Positions 29,299 to 40,686 of a stretch of 64,000 nt of DNA are shown one piece after another. The stretch is from NCBI GenBank assembly GCA_963731285.1, contig CAVSUR010000006.1, positions 14,336 to 78,335 of the forward strand, written 5' to 3'. The notes beneath the pieces were generated by a model that saw nothing but the letters and a program-made list of their open reading frames with translations, was not told the DNA's origin and ran no database searches. The position numbers were made by a program, and so were the translations under genes. The stretch comes from an uncultured Actinomycetota bacterium. Lineage in GTDB: Bacteria; Actinomycetota; Actinomycetes; Streptosporangiales; Streptosporangiaceae. How positions within the stretch are numbered: the stretch's first letter is position 1; each line of letters begins with the position of its first letter.

Positions 29299-29775
29299 GC
29301 CGATAAGGAAGCGCTCACCTCGCCGACGTCGCTGTGCCAACGCTGTTGAAGGCGGCCCGACAGCAGCCGACGCCCTGAGCCAGCCACTCGCGGCGACACT
29401 GAAGGGCCCTGGATTGGCTCCCGGCCCAGCTTCGCCTCCACCTGCTGCCGACACGGCTGCCGAGGCGGCCGACGTAGCCGACACCCGGCGACGTAGGCGG
29501 AACCGAAGCCGAGGTCACCGACACTGAGCGCGGGCCGACTGCGCTGCAGGTCGTCGCTCGCGCGCACGTACGTGATCAGCGTGCAGCGGGAGGATCCATG
29601 AGCCAGGACCGGGAATGGACACGGGCACGAGATTATGACGAACGAGAAAATTCACCGTGCAAATCATGGCCATGTCACGGTTAGCGCTTATACAGTCTGA
29701 CCATCATAGGTGGGGATGCCCGGCGGGGGACCGCTTTCCTGCTCACGGGGCATTTCCTCGACCCAGGGAGTGGGG

Positions 29776-30873
29776 ATGCGCAGATTCGTTGCGGCAGCAT
29801 GCGCGACAGGGCTGGGAGTCGCGCTCAGCGCGGCCTTCGCAGCATCAGCATCAGCATCAGCGTCGGCATCAACAACGATCGTGGTGGGGCCGGGTCAGTC
29901 CATCCAGGCCGCGGTCAACAGGGCCAGTCCCGGTGACACGGTGTTGATCAAGCCGGGGGTGTACCGCCAGAGCGTCCAGATCCGCACGGACGGGATTACC
30001 CTGCGCGGGTCCGGCGACTTCCCTGGTGGAACGGTTCTTCAGCCCCCGAAATCGGTCCCGAAGACGCTGTGCAACGGTGCGTTCGGCCCGACGGGCGTGT
30101 GCATCCTGGCGAAGAAGGTCAACCCCAAGACCGGCGCGGTGATCACGCCCGTCAGCGATGACACGGTGACCGCCATGCTGGTCACTGGTTTTCCGGCTAA
30201 CGGCGTGTTCGGCTACGGAACCGATGGCCTTCGCGTGACGAGGACCGTGGCGACCAATGACGGTGGCTACGGCATCTCCCGGTTCGTCTCCTCCAGAACC
30301 TTGTTCGCTGACGATACCGCGATCGGCAATGATGAGGCCGGGTTCTACGTCGGGGACTCGCCGCAGGCCGACACGGTGGTGCGCGACGACCGGGCCTTCG
30401 GCAACCAGTTCGGGATCTTCATACGGCACGCCCGGCACGTCCTTGTCATCGACAACCGCGTCAGCCGGAACTGCCAGGGCATCCTGGTTCTCGACGACGG
30501 GCAGCAAGGAGGCGCGGGAAACGCCACCATCCTCAGCAACAGTGTCTTCAAGAACAACATGTTCTGCCCGAAGAGCGAGGATACGCCGGTGAGCACCCAG
30601 GGCGGCGGCATCCTGCTGCTGGGCGCGACCCGCACGCTGGTGGCCCGCAACAGTGTGGAAGGTAACGCTGGCAAGCAGTTCAATTCCGGCGGCATTGTCG
30701 TGCTGAGCGCCCATGCGGTGTCCGGGGGGAGCAACCCCAACTTCGACACGATCGTCGGCAACACCGCCTTCCGCGACCGCCCCGCAGATCTCGTCTGGGA
30801 CGGCACCGGAACCGGCGTGCGGTTCAGGGCTAACCATTGCAGGACCTCGGCCCCGTCAGGACTCTGTCACTGA
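29776..30873 (+). CDS. Secreted right-handed parallel beta-helix repeat protein
   Basis: Signal peptide MRRFVAAACATGLGVALSAAFAASASASASAS, then GPGQSIQAAVNRASPGDTVLIKPGVY and repeated ..N.V..N... rungs (NDGGYGI, GNDEAGFYV, GNQFGIFI, NCQGILV). Confidence 0.85.
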   Translation: MRRFVAAACATGLGVALSAAFAASASASASASTTIVVGPGQSIQAAVNRASPGDTVLIKPGVYRQSVQIRTDGITLRGSGDFPGGTVLQPPKSVPKTLCNGAFGPTGVCILAKKVNPKTGAVITPVSDDTVTAMLVTGFPANGVFGYGTDGLRVTRTVATNDGGYGISRFVSSRTLFADDTAIGNDEAGFYVGDSPQADTVVRDDRAFGNQFGIFIRHARHVLVIDNRVSRNCQGILVLDDGQQGGAGNATILSNSVFKNNMFCPKSEDTPVSTQGGGILLLGATRTLVARNSVEGNAGKQFNSGGIVVLSAHAVSGGSNPNFDTIVGNTAFRDRPADLVWDGTGTGVRFRANHCRTSAPSGLCH

Positions 30874-31387
30874 CACCAGTCGCCACGTCAGCGCCGGGTG
30901 CCGTCACGGTATCGGGCGCTGACGTGGCTTTGACCCGAGAGCTCCCGGCAGGCCTGCACGCACGGACTATCCCCCAGCCGAAGCGCGAGCAGGCCTGTGT
31001 CCTGGCTTGTGGTCGATCGCCGGCATGCCGGGTCATGTTCTCCAGGCCGACGGCGTAGGCGAAGGCCTCGCCGTCGGCGAGGCCCTTTTACCGGCTCACC
31101 GGCGCCGCGTACGAGCGCCGCTCGCTCGCCAGCGCCGAGCACCGCATTGCCGTCACCATCTTGCCGGTCCTGGGCGCGGCCGTCGTCAACGTGTCGGTGT
31201 ACCGGGGGCGCACTACCCAGACGTCTTCGAACACACGTTCCGCGGCGCCGATTCAGGAATGAACAGCGGCTAGCTCATGGACAGGGCAGAAACCGGCCAG
31301 GCACGAGGTTCCTGGTCACTGGCTCGACTGTTAGATTCATCCGCGGCGGCCACGGGCTCAGCTGAGAATTTCCGGAGGGGGTTAAGT

Positions 31388-31586
31388 ATGGCGACATCCC
31401 CGCCGGGATCAGACGAGCTGGGGCCGGTCGATTTCCTCGCGATCGGGTTTCCGAGCGGTCGGAGAGAACCGGTGGGTTCTCGGCCAGGTGGACGCCTGGC
31501 GGCGCGACGGCGGGCGGCTGATCGCCGATGGCGGATTGTCCGCCGCCGACATTGTCGCTGCCCTTGATGCGACCGAGCCCCCCTGA
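31388..31586 (+). pseudogene. DUF6325-like gene remnant with an internal deletion and a frame switch
   Basis: The N-terminus ELGPVDFLAIGFPSG (frame of the ATG at 31388) joins after a few codons to the C-terminal RDGGRLIADGGLSAADIVAALDATEPP, which is in another frame and ends at TGA 31584..31586. Family name is from memory. Confidence 0.5.
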
Positions 31587-31620
31587 CCCCAGCGACGAAG
31601 CCAACGACGAGGAGGTCACC

Positions 31621-31953
31621 GTGGGACTATTGAAGACCGCCGCTACCGTCGCGGTCGCCAGCTCCGTGCACGGCCGGGTTCAGCACAGGCAGCAAGCCCG
31701 GTGGGCTGCGCAGGACTAGGGCCCGGCGGGCGTGCCCGCCCCGGCACCGCCAGCGCAGTACCCGGCCCCGGCACAGCCGCAGCAGGCCTATGCCGACCCC
31801 GGGCCGCGGCCGCAGACACCAGCCCCCCCGGGCGCAGCCAGCCGACATGAATGACCGGATCGCCCAGCTGAAACAGCTCGGCGAGCTACTGTCGGCAGGC
31901 GTGCTGACCCAGGCCGAGTTCGGGCAGCAGAAACCCGCATCCTGAACGGCTGA
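31621..31953 (+). pseudogene. SHOCT-domain protein gene with an in-frame TAG and two frame switches
   Basis: VGLLKTAATVAVASSVHGRVQHRQQARWAAQD, then TAG at 31717, then a Pro/Ala/Gln linker in the same frame. The SHOCT core DRIAQLKQLGELLSAGVLTQAEFGQQK is in another frame. The final RILNG-stop returns to the first frame. Confidence 0.6.
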
Positions 31954-32212
31954 CCTGACGGCTGCTGCAGCCGAAGGCGTCCGGATGCTGCTGGCGGCTG
32001 CTGTTCTTCCCGACTATAGGTACTGTCGGCCCGGCCGGTGTCATGCGCGATCCTTCTTAGCGCGTGGCAAGAAGCAATCGACTCCGAGGCACCCGCACCT
32101 GATTCATGGCCAGTGCTGCCGCATTCAGAACCTGCTGGTGCTGCCGCGTTCAGAACCTGCCGGCCCGGATGTCGGCCGACCAGCTCAACCGGATCTACAC
32201 ACGGAGGACCGC

Positions 32213-32665
32213 GTGAGTCCCTACCGACACGTTCCGCACCCGCACATTTTGCACCGGAAGGAGGCGGGCCCGGTCAAGGTAGCCGACCAGTTCCCACGAA
32301 CCAGCCCGGTCACCCGTTTCAACACCGCCTTCGCCCTGAAGATCACAGCAGGCGTCGGCTCCATGTGGTGCGCGTACATCTTCGCCGCAATCGCGCTGTT
32401 CGGGCTGCCGTCCGCCGTCCGCAACGGCACCGGCGGCATCGTTCAGTGGATCGCGCAGACCTTCCTTCAGCTGGTGCTGCTGTCGATCATCATCGTGGGC
32501 CAGAAAGTCCAGGCCGCGGCGTCAGACCAGCGGGCAGAGAACACCTACCAGGACGCCGAGGCGGTCCTGCACGAAGCCCTCCAGATCCAGGACCATCTGC
32601 TCACCCAGGACCGGGCGCTCGAAAGTCTCATCACCACGCTGGGCTCCCCGCCGTCACGGACATAA
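32213..32665 (+). CDS. Two-helix membrane protein resembling the DUF1003 family
   Basis: The GTG at 32213 follows ACGGAGGA. Helices GSMWCAYIFAAIALFGL and FLQLVLLSIIIVGQ are followed by QAAASDQRAENTYQDAEAVLHEALQIQDHL. Confidence 0.6.
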   Translation: MSPYRHVPHPHILHRKEAGPVKVADQFPRTSPVTRFNTAFALKITAGVGSMWCAYIFAAIALFGLPSAVRNGTGGIVQWIAQTFLQLVLLSIIIVGQKVQAAASDQRAENTYQDAEAVLHEALQIQDHLLTQDRALESLITTLGSPPSRT

Positions 32666-32888
32666 CGAACCCCCGGCGCACTCGAAGCGGTCCAGAGCGG
32701 GAGAGCGCGAAGGAGGCGATCCACCCGCCGTTGCTCACGCCCGTCAGTGCCGCCCGCGACCACGGCACCCCGGCCGCGTCGCCGGTCCGCCATGCGCGGG
32801 CTAGCTGCGGCACGAACTGCGGCACCGCGGACACCGCGGCCGCGACCGGCAGCGGAGGTGGCCGAGGGATGCCGTGTGGTCGCTGCGA

Positions 32889-35640
32889 TCAGGAGGTGCC
32901 GTAGAGGATCGCGGCGAGCCCGCCGCAGATCAGGCTGACGGCTGCCACTGCGACAGCGGATAGCCCCTCGCTGGACTCGATGGCCGCGGAACTGAGGCCC
33001 CAGGTGCCGACGGTGGACAGGTTGCCCAGGATCGCGATGCCGTAATCGGCCGGGGACTTGTCGTCGGCCGCTGCCAGCGCCATGATGCCGAAGACCATGG
33101 TCATCGTGCCGAACTGGGAGGTCAGCGCGAGGGTATCGATGTTCGCTGCTGCCAGGGCCGGACCGCTCTCGTACCCCACGGCGGAGAGAATGCCGGGGGC
33201 GTAGCCGCACAGCCACGACAGGAAATTCATCAGTTCGGGCTCTGTCGAGTACGCATTCCCGACTCGAACGGGACACCGCTGGCGGGGTAGGTGAGGTTTC
33301 CGATGACGCACGGGGCGATGATGTCGACGAAGGTGAAGAAGGCGGGCGGCCCGTCGCCGTCCGGATCGATGGACAGCGCGGCGGAGATCGCGTCCATGAA
33401 TGCCCAGAATCCCATCGCCGCGGCGGCGGTGTACTTCAGGTCGCTTGCCAGGTCGGCGGCCGCGCCGGGCGCGGTCACGTGAGTGCCGTGGTCACTTTCC
33501 GGCCGGTGCTGGCTTTGGCTGAGCCCGGACTTGAACGGCACGGCGGCCGAACCGTGTTCGAGCTTGTAGGCCAAGGTGGTCGGGAACGCGATGAGCAGCG
33601 TGATGATCTGCTTCATCGTCAGCTTGCTCATACCGGACGGGAGCAGCGGGCCGATGAGCGGCAGGTCGCCCGCCGGGGCGGCCAGGATGGTGGCATCAAG
33701 CGCCTGCACGACGGTCCGAAGCAGTTGCAGCACCGCCTCGGCCACGTCCTTGGCCATGGCCAGGAGCGCGTCCACGACCGCCGTCAGTCCGTCGATGAGC
33801 GCCGGGACAGCGGCGGCCTCGATATTGTGCGGGTTGCCGGCAACTCCCGTCAGCAGGTCGCTCCAGAACTTGGTCACGGCGCCCTCAAAGCCGCTAACGG
33901 TGTTGCCAAACTGGCTTGTCAGCGTGACCAGCGCCTCGTCGAACCCGGGGACCGCGGGCGGCGGCCCCAGACTGCCGAGTTCGTGCTGGATCTTTTCGAG
34001 CAGCCAGCTGGAGTGGGCGTCGGGACCGGCGGGGCTGGCCGCCGCGCCGAGCCTGCGGGCGGACAGGGACAGCCGCTCGGGCTGATGGGCCTGCTGGGCT
34101 AGGTCGGACAGCGTCTTACCGGCGAGCTCGGCCTTCGCTGCGGCCAGCTTGGCGTCGATGCTGGCCTGCTGACGTGCGAGCCAGGTGCCCGCATCTGCTT
34201 TCCCTCGTCCGATCCAGCTAGTCAGCTGCGAGAATGCGGCGGTTAGCCATTCGTCGTACTTGGCGGCCACGAAAACAGTGTCGGTGAGCAGGCTGAGGAT
34301 CTCGGCTTTAAGCCAGTCCAGGAAGTCCCCGATCTTGGCGCCAATGAGGTTCACTACCGAGTGGATCGCGTTCGCGGCGTCGTCCAGGCCGGTGATCGTG
34401 AACTTCAGCGCGGTCCCGGCGAGCGCTTCGAGGTCGGTGGTGATGTTGACCACCCAGCTCTTGGCGTCGTCGGCCAGCTTTGCCGTCACCTGCTCGACTT
34501 TGGCGGCAGCGGTCTTGAGGGCGTGCATGACGTCGTGGAAGATGTCGTCGAGGGACAGGGTGAGGCTGAGGCTGGCCGCCCGGGCCGGTCCCCTGGTTGC
34601 TGGCTAGGTCCTCCGATGATCACCTGAGTGGGTAGCCGCGCATCCCCTGGCTGCGCGGCGGGAGTCGCGGCCGTGGCGCAGCTTTTTATGGCGGCGGCCG
34701 CGGTAGAGGCCAGGCCGGTGGTGTCTCCCTGCAGCGCGGGAGCGATCGGCTGGGGTGGCGTGCCAGAAGTCTGGGCACTGCTGAGCACCTTATCGGTCAG
34801 CGGGGGCAGGTAGTTCAGTGTCCGGGATGCCGGTCAGGTACTTCGTTGACCGCGGTGCTGGGGCTGATCGTGACCGGGGCTGGCAGCCCGGTTCCGGAGA
34901 CGGTCAGCGCCGGGGCCGACACCCCGCTCGCCGGGACGCTGATGGTCACCCGGCCGGTCTTATCGGTGGCCAGCGGCACGGGCGTCGATGGGCCCAGCGT
35001 TGCGGTGGCTATTGACCAGGACGATGGTCGGACTGGCGCAGCTAACCTGCAGGCTCTCCCCGGTCACCGGCCGGCCCGATGCGTCGGTCAGGGTCAGCTG
35101 CACCCGGTAGCTGGTCACCTGCAACGGCTCGGTGGCCGGCAGATGGATCTGGCTGTCCAGCCATGCCCCGCTCGCCGGATCCTTGAGCAGGGACAGCAGG
35201 CTGCCGTCCGTGCCCATTGCGATCAGCCCGGTACCGGTGGCACGGGATTCCGGAGCTGCCACTTGCGCTATCCCCGGCTGCAGCGGCACCGCCGGGGCGA
35301 ACACCGGGGTGGCCGAATCAGCGGCGGAGTCGCCGGTCGCGACTTGCCGGATCACGTCATCGTTGCTGCCAGTTGTCACCGGGGCAATCGCCCACGTGCC
35401 GTAATTCTGGGCCGGGTCGTGATACAGGTTACTCAGGACGCCGTCCTGGACGAGCATCGCCGCGGCGGCAAAGTCACCGGTCTGCGGATAGCCGATAATC
35501 TGGTCCGTCGCCGGGTCGAGGCTGGCGGGCTGGATCAGGAAATGATCCTCGCTGAGCAAGCAGTCATCCGCCAGCGCGTACGGCTGCTGGTACGCCACAG
35601 TACCGCCGCCGCTCCCCCCGGTAGAACGTCCCACCACCAT
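32889..35640 (-). pseudogene. Large (~0.9-1 kaa) gene of unknown function, readable only across five or more frames: beta-rich N-terminal part, Ig-like segment, long helical region, C-terminal multi-helix membrane domain
   Basis: The pieces are ORF 34960..35850 (from MVVGRSTGG), then an unlisted frame giving ATATLGPSTPVPLATDKTGRVTISVPASGVSAPALTVSGTG. Next come ORF 34486..34788 (LNYLPPLTDKVLSS...), ORF 33230..34528 and ORF 32889..33311. Each junction continues the previous reading without a plausible start or RBS. Confidence 0.5.
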
Positions 35641-35930
35641 TTCGCACACCACCTCAAGTACGATCCAGGACTGCCCGCAAACATTGCCACGCCAATGGTC
35701 ACACCGCTCGCGGCCATGCGGTAGCCGCCAGCCCGCGAGCGAGCGTCCTGCAACACGCCGAAGTATGTCCTCACTCACCGGCCGACGAGGGTGACGTCTG
35801 GAACAGCACCGGAGTCTTCGGCGAGGATGCCGCGCCGCCCGCCAGCACAACGAGCGGGCTCGCGGAGCTTGCGCCGGGCGCAGCTGGCAGCCGCTAGCGG
35901 CGCTGGAGGCGGGTCATAGGGTGGCTCACC

Positions 35931-36524
35931 ATGAGACAGTCCCTAGGCCGCTCGCCGGCCGGGCGCGGATGCCAGGTAATCGAGCTGCAGCTCATGCGGG
36001 CTGAGGACATGTTCGAGATGCCCCAGACGGATCTGTTCTCGGAGTACCGCAATTTTCTCACTGGGGTCGATTTTTGCCTCAGCGAGCTGCGCGGCCGCCG
36101 GTCCAGGCGGCCGGTCCGGCTGGAGATCCGCCTGCCACCCGGGCAGATCGACGATGAGGTGGCCGAACGGCTGGCCAGAACCCTGCGCCGGTACTGCGAC
36201 CACCGGATCCGCTACAACCGGCGGGAGATCCGCGCCCAGCGGTTCGCGGGCGTCAGCGACTTGCGGATCGGCGTGCCCGTGTCCGCTTTGGGACTGGTGC
36301 TGACGGCAATAGCAACCACGATACGGCCCGTGGGCGGCGCCGCTAATCTCGTTACCGACCATATCGGCTGGGTGCTGGCATGGATCGGGCTGTGGTTCCC
36401 TCTGGACCAGTTCTTGTTCAACCCGCTAGCCTACGGCATCGAGAACCGGGTGCTACGCGTCCTCTCTGACGCTGCGGTCGTCGTGGCCCCCCACCGGCCC
36501 GGCACTGGCACGAAGGGCTGGTAA
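35931..36524 (+). CDS. Hypothetical membrane protein (197 aa), intact, divergent from the large broken gene
   Basis: A soluble N-terminal half, then two helices (VSALGLVLTAIATTI and IGWVLAWIGLWFPL). No recognised motif. Confidence 0.55.
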   Translation: MRQSLGRSPAGRGCQVIELQLMRAEDMFEMPQTDLFSEYRNFLTGVDFCLSELRGRRSRRPVRLEIRLPPGQIDDEVAERLARTLRRYCDHRIRYNRREIRAQRFAGVSDLRIGVPVSALGLVLTAIATTIRPVGGAANLVTDHIGWVLAWIGLWFPLDQFLFNPLAYGIENRVLRVLSDAAVVVAPHRPGTGTKGW

Positions 36525-36642
36525 ATGTGAGAAGTACCGGCCTGGCGTTGCTCTTGCCGCCGCCGGGGCGGGCGCCGCCTCGCGCGCAGCTCGGAGCTTG
36601 CCCTGCTTGCGGCCGATCAGTGCGGCCAGGCGAGCGCGCAAG

Positions 36643-37075
36643 TCACCGGTTGGGCGTCAGTCTCCCGGGTCCGGCCGCCGATTGAGTCACGTGAGCAGGC
36701 CGGAAAGCTGTGCGCGCTCGGCGGGAGTCAGAGGGGCCAGGAAGCGGCGTTGCTGTTCGTCCAGGATCTGTATGGCCGCGACCTTGGCGGCGCGGCCGGA
36801 GTCGGCTCGGTTGAACGAGGAAGGCGCGCCGGTCGCGGGGATGGCGCTGGCGTGCCACGTACCCCCTGTCTTCTAGGTCGTCCAGGAGGGTCACCATGGT
36901 GGTCCGGTCGATCCGAAGGGCCTCTGCCAGGGCCTTCTGGGTCATGGGCTCCAGCTCGGTAACCATGGTCAAGATACCGACCTGGCGGGCGCTGAGTGAT
37001 GTGTAGGGCGTGGGGCTTGGGGTAGGGGAGGGCCGGAAGTGCTCTGATGGGCACCCCGACCCTCATCGGACGACA
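36643..37075 (-). pseudogene. MarR-family regulator, frameshifted with a disrupted N-terminus
   Basis: The wHTH core LSARQVGILTMVTELEPMTQKALAEALRIDRTTMVTLLDDLEDRGYVARQRHPRDRRAF is in one frame. No start codon lies upstream of it before a TGA, and the C-terminal helix is in another frame. Confidence 0.6.
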
Positions 37076-37080
37076 TCGGG

Positions 37081-37407
37081 ATGGGCGCCATGGCCAATGA
37101 TGCAGCGAACAGTCAGCCGATCCAGACATGGCCGCAGCTGAGGTCCGGGCCGCTGATCACCGGCGGAGTCCTGATCGGGATCGGCGCCATGGTCGCGCTC
37201 GCGGGCATGGCCATCGCCGGCACGCATGTTGCGTCCTCGACCCGGAACTGGATCAGACAGCTGGAGACACCACCCAGCCAGCTCGCGAAGCTCAAGTGGG
37301 AACAGGCAAAAACCGCGGCGGCTTCCGGCGCGAGCACCTGGCGAGAGCACCCGAACGCCCAGGCACGCCTGGTTCGCCGTTCATCGGCTCCCACCCCTTA
37401 CAGCTGA
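37081..37407 (+). CDS. Small single-helix membrane protein, divergent from the MarR remnant
   Basis: 108-aa ORF with helix GPLITGGVLIGIGAMVALAGMAIAG and a polar tail. Confidence 0.45.
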   Translation: MGAMANDAANSQPIQTWPQLRSGPLITGGVLIGIGAMVALAGMAIAGTHVASSTRNWIRQLETPPSQLAKLKWEQAKTAAASGASTWREHPNAQARLVRRSSAPTPYS

Positions 37408-37753
37408 TCTTCCGCCGCCCGTTCGGCGCTAGTCGGGAAGACGGTACGCCGTTACCGGTGGCTGGTCGGCGAACGTTTCATCACCAGGGCCGACCACGAC
37501 CCGGGCCGCTTTGTCGTAGCCGCCCGCCGCCTCGCGCCCGGATGCGCCGTCGAGGTAATCAGGCCCAGCCAGCCCCTCACGCTGGGAGCCAAGACAAGAC
37601 GAACGGCCGCCGCGCCCGGTCCGCCCGCCTGACGCGGTCCCCGCGGTGAGGACCTCGCTGATGCCAGCGGCCCGGGCAGCTCGCGTCCCGTAGGCTCGTC
37701 CCGCGGACCGGCCGGCCGCTGCCGCGCGGCGCTCGCGCGAGGGGAAGGGACCC

Positions 37754-38131
37754 ATGTCGGACTCGATCAAGCTCATCTCGGTGGCGCTGGACTGCCCGGA
37801 CGCGGGGAAGCTGGCTGCCTTCTATGCCGATATCACCGGCGGGACGGTGACCTACCGCGATGAGCGGTGGGCCACCATCAAGGGACCGGGCGGGCGGCTC
37901 GACTTCCAGACGTCCGCCGGCGACCTTCCGCCGGCCTGGCCCGACGCGGCCTCCTCGATGCAGATGCACCTGGACTTCCTGGTCGAGGACATCGATGCGG
38001 CCGAGGCCCGGGTGCTGGCGGCCGGCGGAGCCAGGCACGACTGCCAGCCCGGCGGTCATTTCCGCGTCTACACCGACCCCGCAGGCCACCCGTTCTGCCT
38101 GTGCACCGAGGACGAGCCAGGGCAGGCCTGA
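37754..38131 (+). CDS. VOC (glyoxalase/bleomycin-resistance fold) family protein
   Basis: 125 aa. LISVALDCPDAGKLAAFYADITGG...MQMHLDFLVEDIDAAEARVLAAG...FRVYTDPAGHPFCL. Confidence 0.9.
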   Translation: MSDSIKLISVALDCPDAGKLAAFYADITGGTVTYRDERWATIKGPGGRLDFQTSAGDLPPAWPDAASSMQMHLDFLVEDIDAAEARVLAAGGARHDCQPGGHFRVYTDPAGHPFCLCTEDEPGQA

Positions 38132-38608
38132 CCAGCCGCCCGGGCGCTGTCGCAAACTGAGACCATCTGCCCGGTGCGGGTCGCCGAGCGTATGGGGTAA
38201 GCCGGGGTCGCGTCTGTGCCCGAAACGTGGTCAGCCTGCCGGTACGGCACGCGGTCAGTCGACTCCGGGAGACGCCGAACATGAGCAACGCGGCACCGAG
38301 CAGCGATTCGGGCCAGGTTTACCGTCTCATCCACCGGAGCCGGAACAGGATCCTGCCGGACCGCCGGAAGGCCGGGCTAGGCGAGCTGTTCAGCCAGAAC
38401 CGGTCGAACAACAAGGCCAAGCACCTCACCGGAGCGCTGCTCGTCTCCGGTGACTGGTCGATCTCGGCCGCATTGGTGAAATCGCACCCGATATCGATCT
38501 GCCGTCTGGTCACGCTTCTATCGTGCGGGACCGATGTTTCTGTCCCGTTACGCCGCGCCGTCCGGCATGACCCCGGTTCGCCCGGCTGGCTGGCCGGGTA
38601 GCCAGCCA

Positions 38609-39073
38609 CTACCGGCGGTGCCAGCTGGAGTCGTAGACGATCGAGGTGTCGTACGGCGCGGTGGGCCCGCCCGCGTACTGAACGGCCACCACGTTCTTCA
38701 TGTCTGGCAGCTTCCTGGTCCCGTCCAGGGTGGCGATCCACAGGCCGTGGTTCAAGCCCGCGCACGCGGCCTGCACGGCCGGCAAGGTGGAGCGGTTGCA
38801 GTAGATGACCGCGCGCTCGCCGGCCCGGTCCCGTGCCTTGATGAAGCCGGGAGCGTCCGACACCGAGGCCCCGCCCGTTTCCACGTCCAGCACCCCGGCG
38901 GCCCGGTGGTCGCCCGGCGGGATCACGCTGATGTGCACCCTGGCCGCATGCTTGAACCTCTCCCACGCCGCGGCAGGCCAAGCGTAGAGGCCATCGACGT
39001 ACCCGGCCACCATCTGAGCGTCCCTAGGTATGTTCTCCCAGGTGACAGCGTCGTACATGGTCCGATCGCTCAT
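38609..39073 (-). CDS. Hypothetical protein, possibly of the DUF1906/GH25-like glycoside-hydrolase fold
   Basis: The ATG at 39073 follows GGGAGGG. Motifs [16 protein letters not shown] and [14 protein letters not shown] resemble that fold (from memory). A patch of lower GC lies just downstream. Confidence 0.55.
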   Translation of the reverse strand: MSDRTMYDAVTWENIPRDAQMVAGYVDGLYAWPAAAWERFKHAARVHISVIPPGDHRAAGVLDVETGGASVSDAPGFIKARDRAGERAVIYCNRSTLPAVQAACAGLNHGLWIATLDGTRKLPDMKNVVAVQYAGGPTAPYDTSIVYDSSWHRR

Positions 39074-39133
39074 GCATCCCTCCCAGCTCGGCCTGCGGTT
39101 GCCGCGCTCCCCGCGAACGGGCCACGATATTAG

Positions 39134-40651
<1,518 letters not shown>

Positions 40652-40686
40652 CCGGCCGCCCGGCCAGAAGGCCCGCGCGCTGTGGC

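Noticed and set aside
31046-31078. 10-bp perfect inverted repeat (GCCGACGGCG...CGCCGTCGGC) as the terminator of the beta-helix gene
   Set aside because: It lies about 170 nt past the stop, has a 13-nt loop and no adjacent U tract, and sits in what looks like decayed coding sequence of unknown origin.
38227-38601. 124-aa ORF in a patch of lower GC between the VOC gene and the hydrolase-like gene
   Set aside because: It has no motif, no convincing RBS and odd composition, and an equally long antisense ORF overlaps it. The patch may be a horizontally acquired remnant, but I cannot support a gene call.
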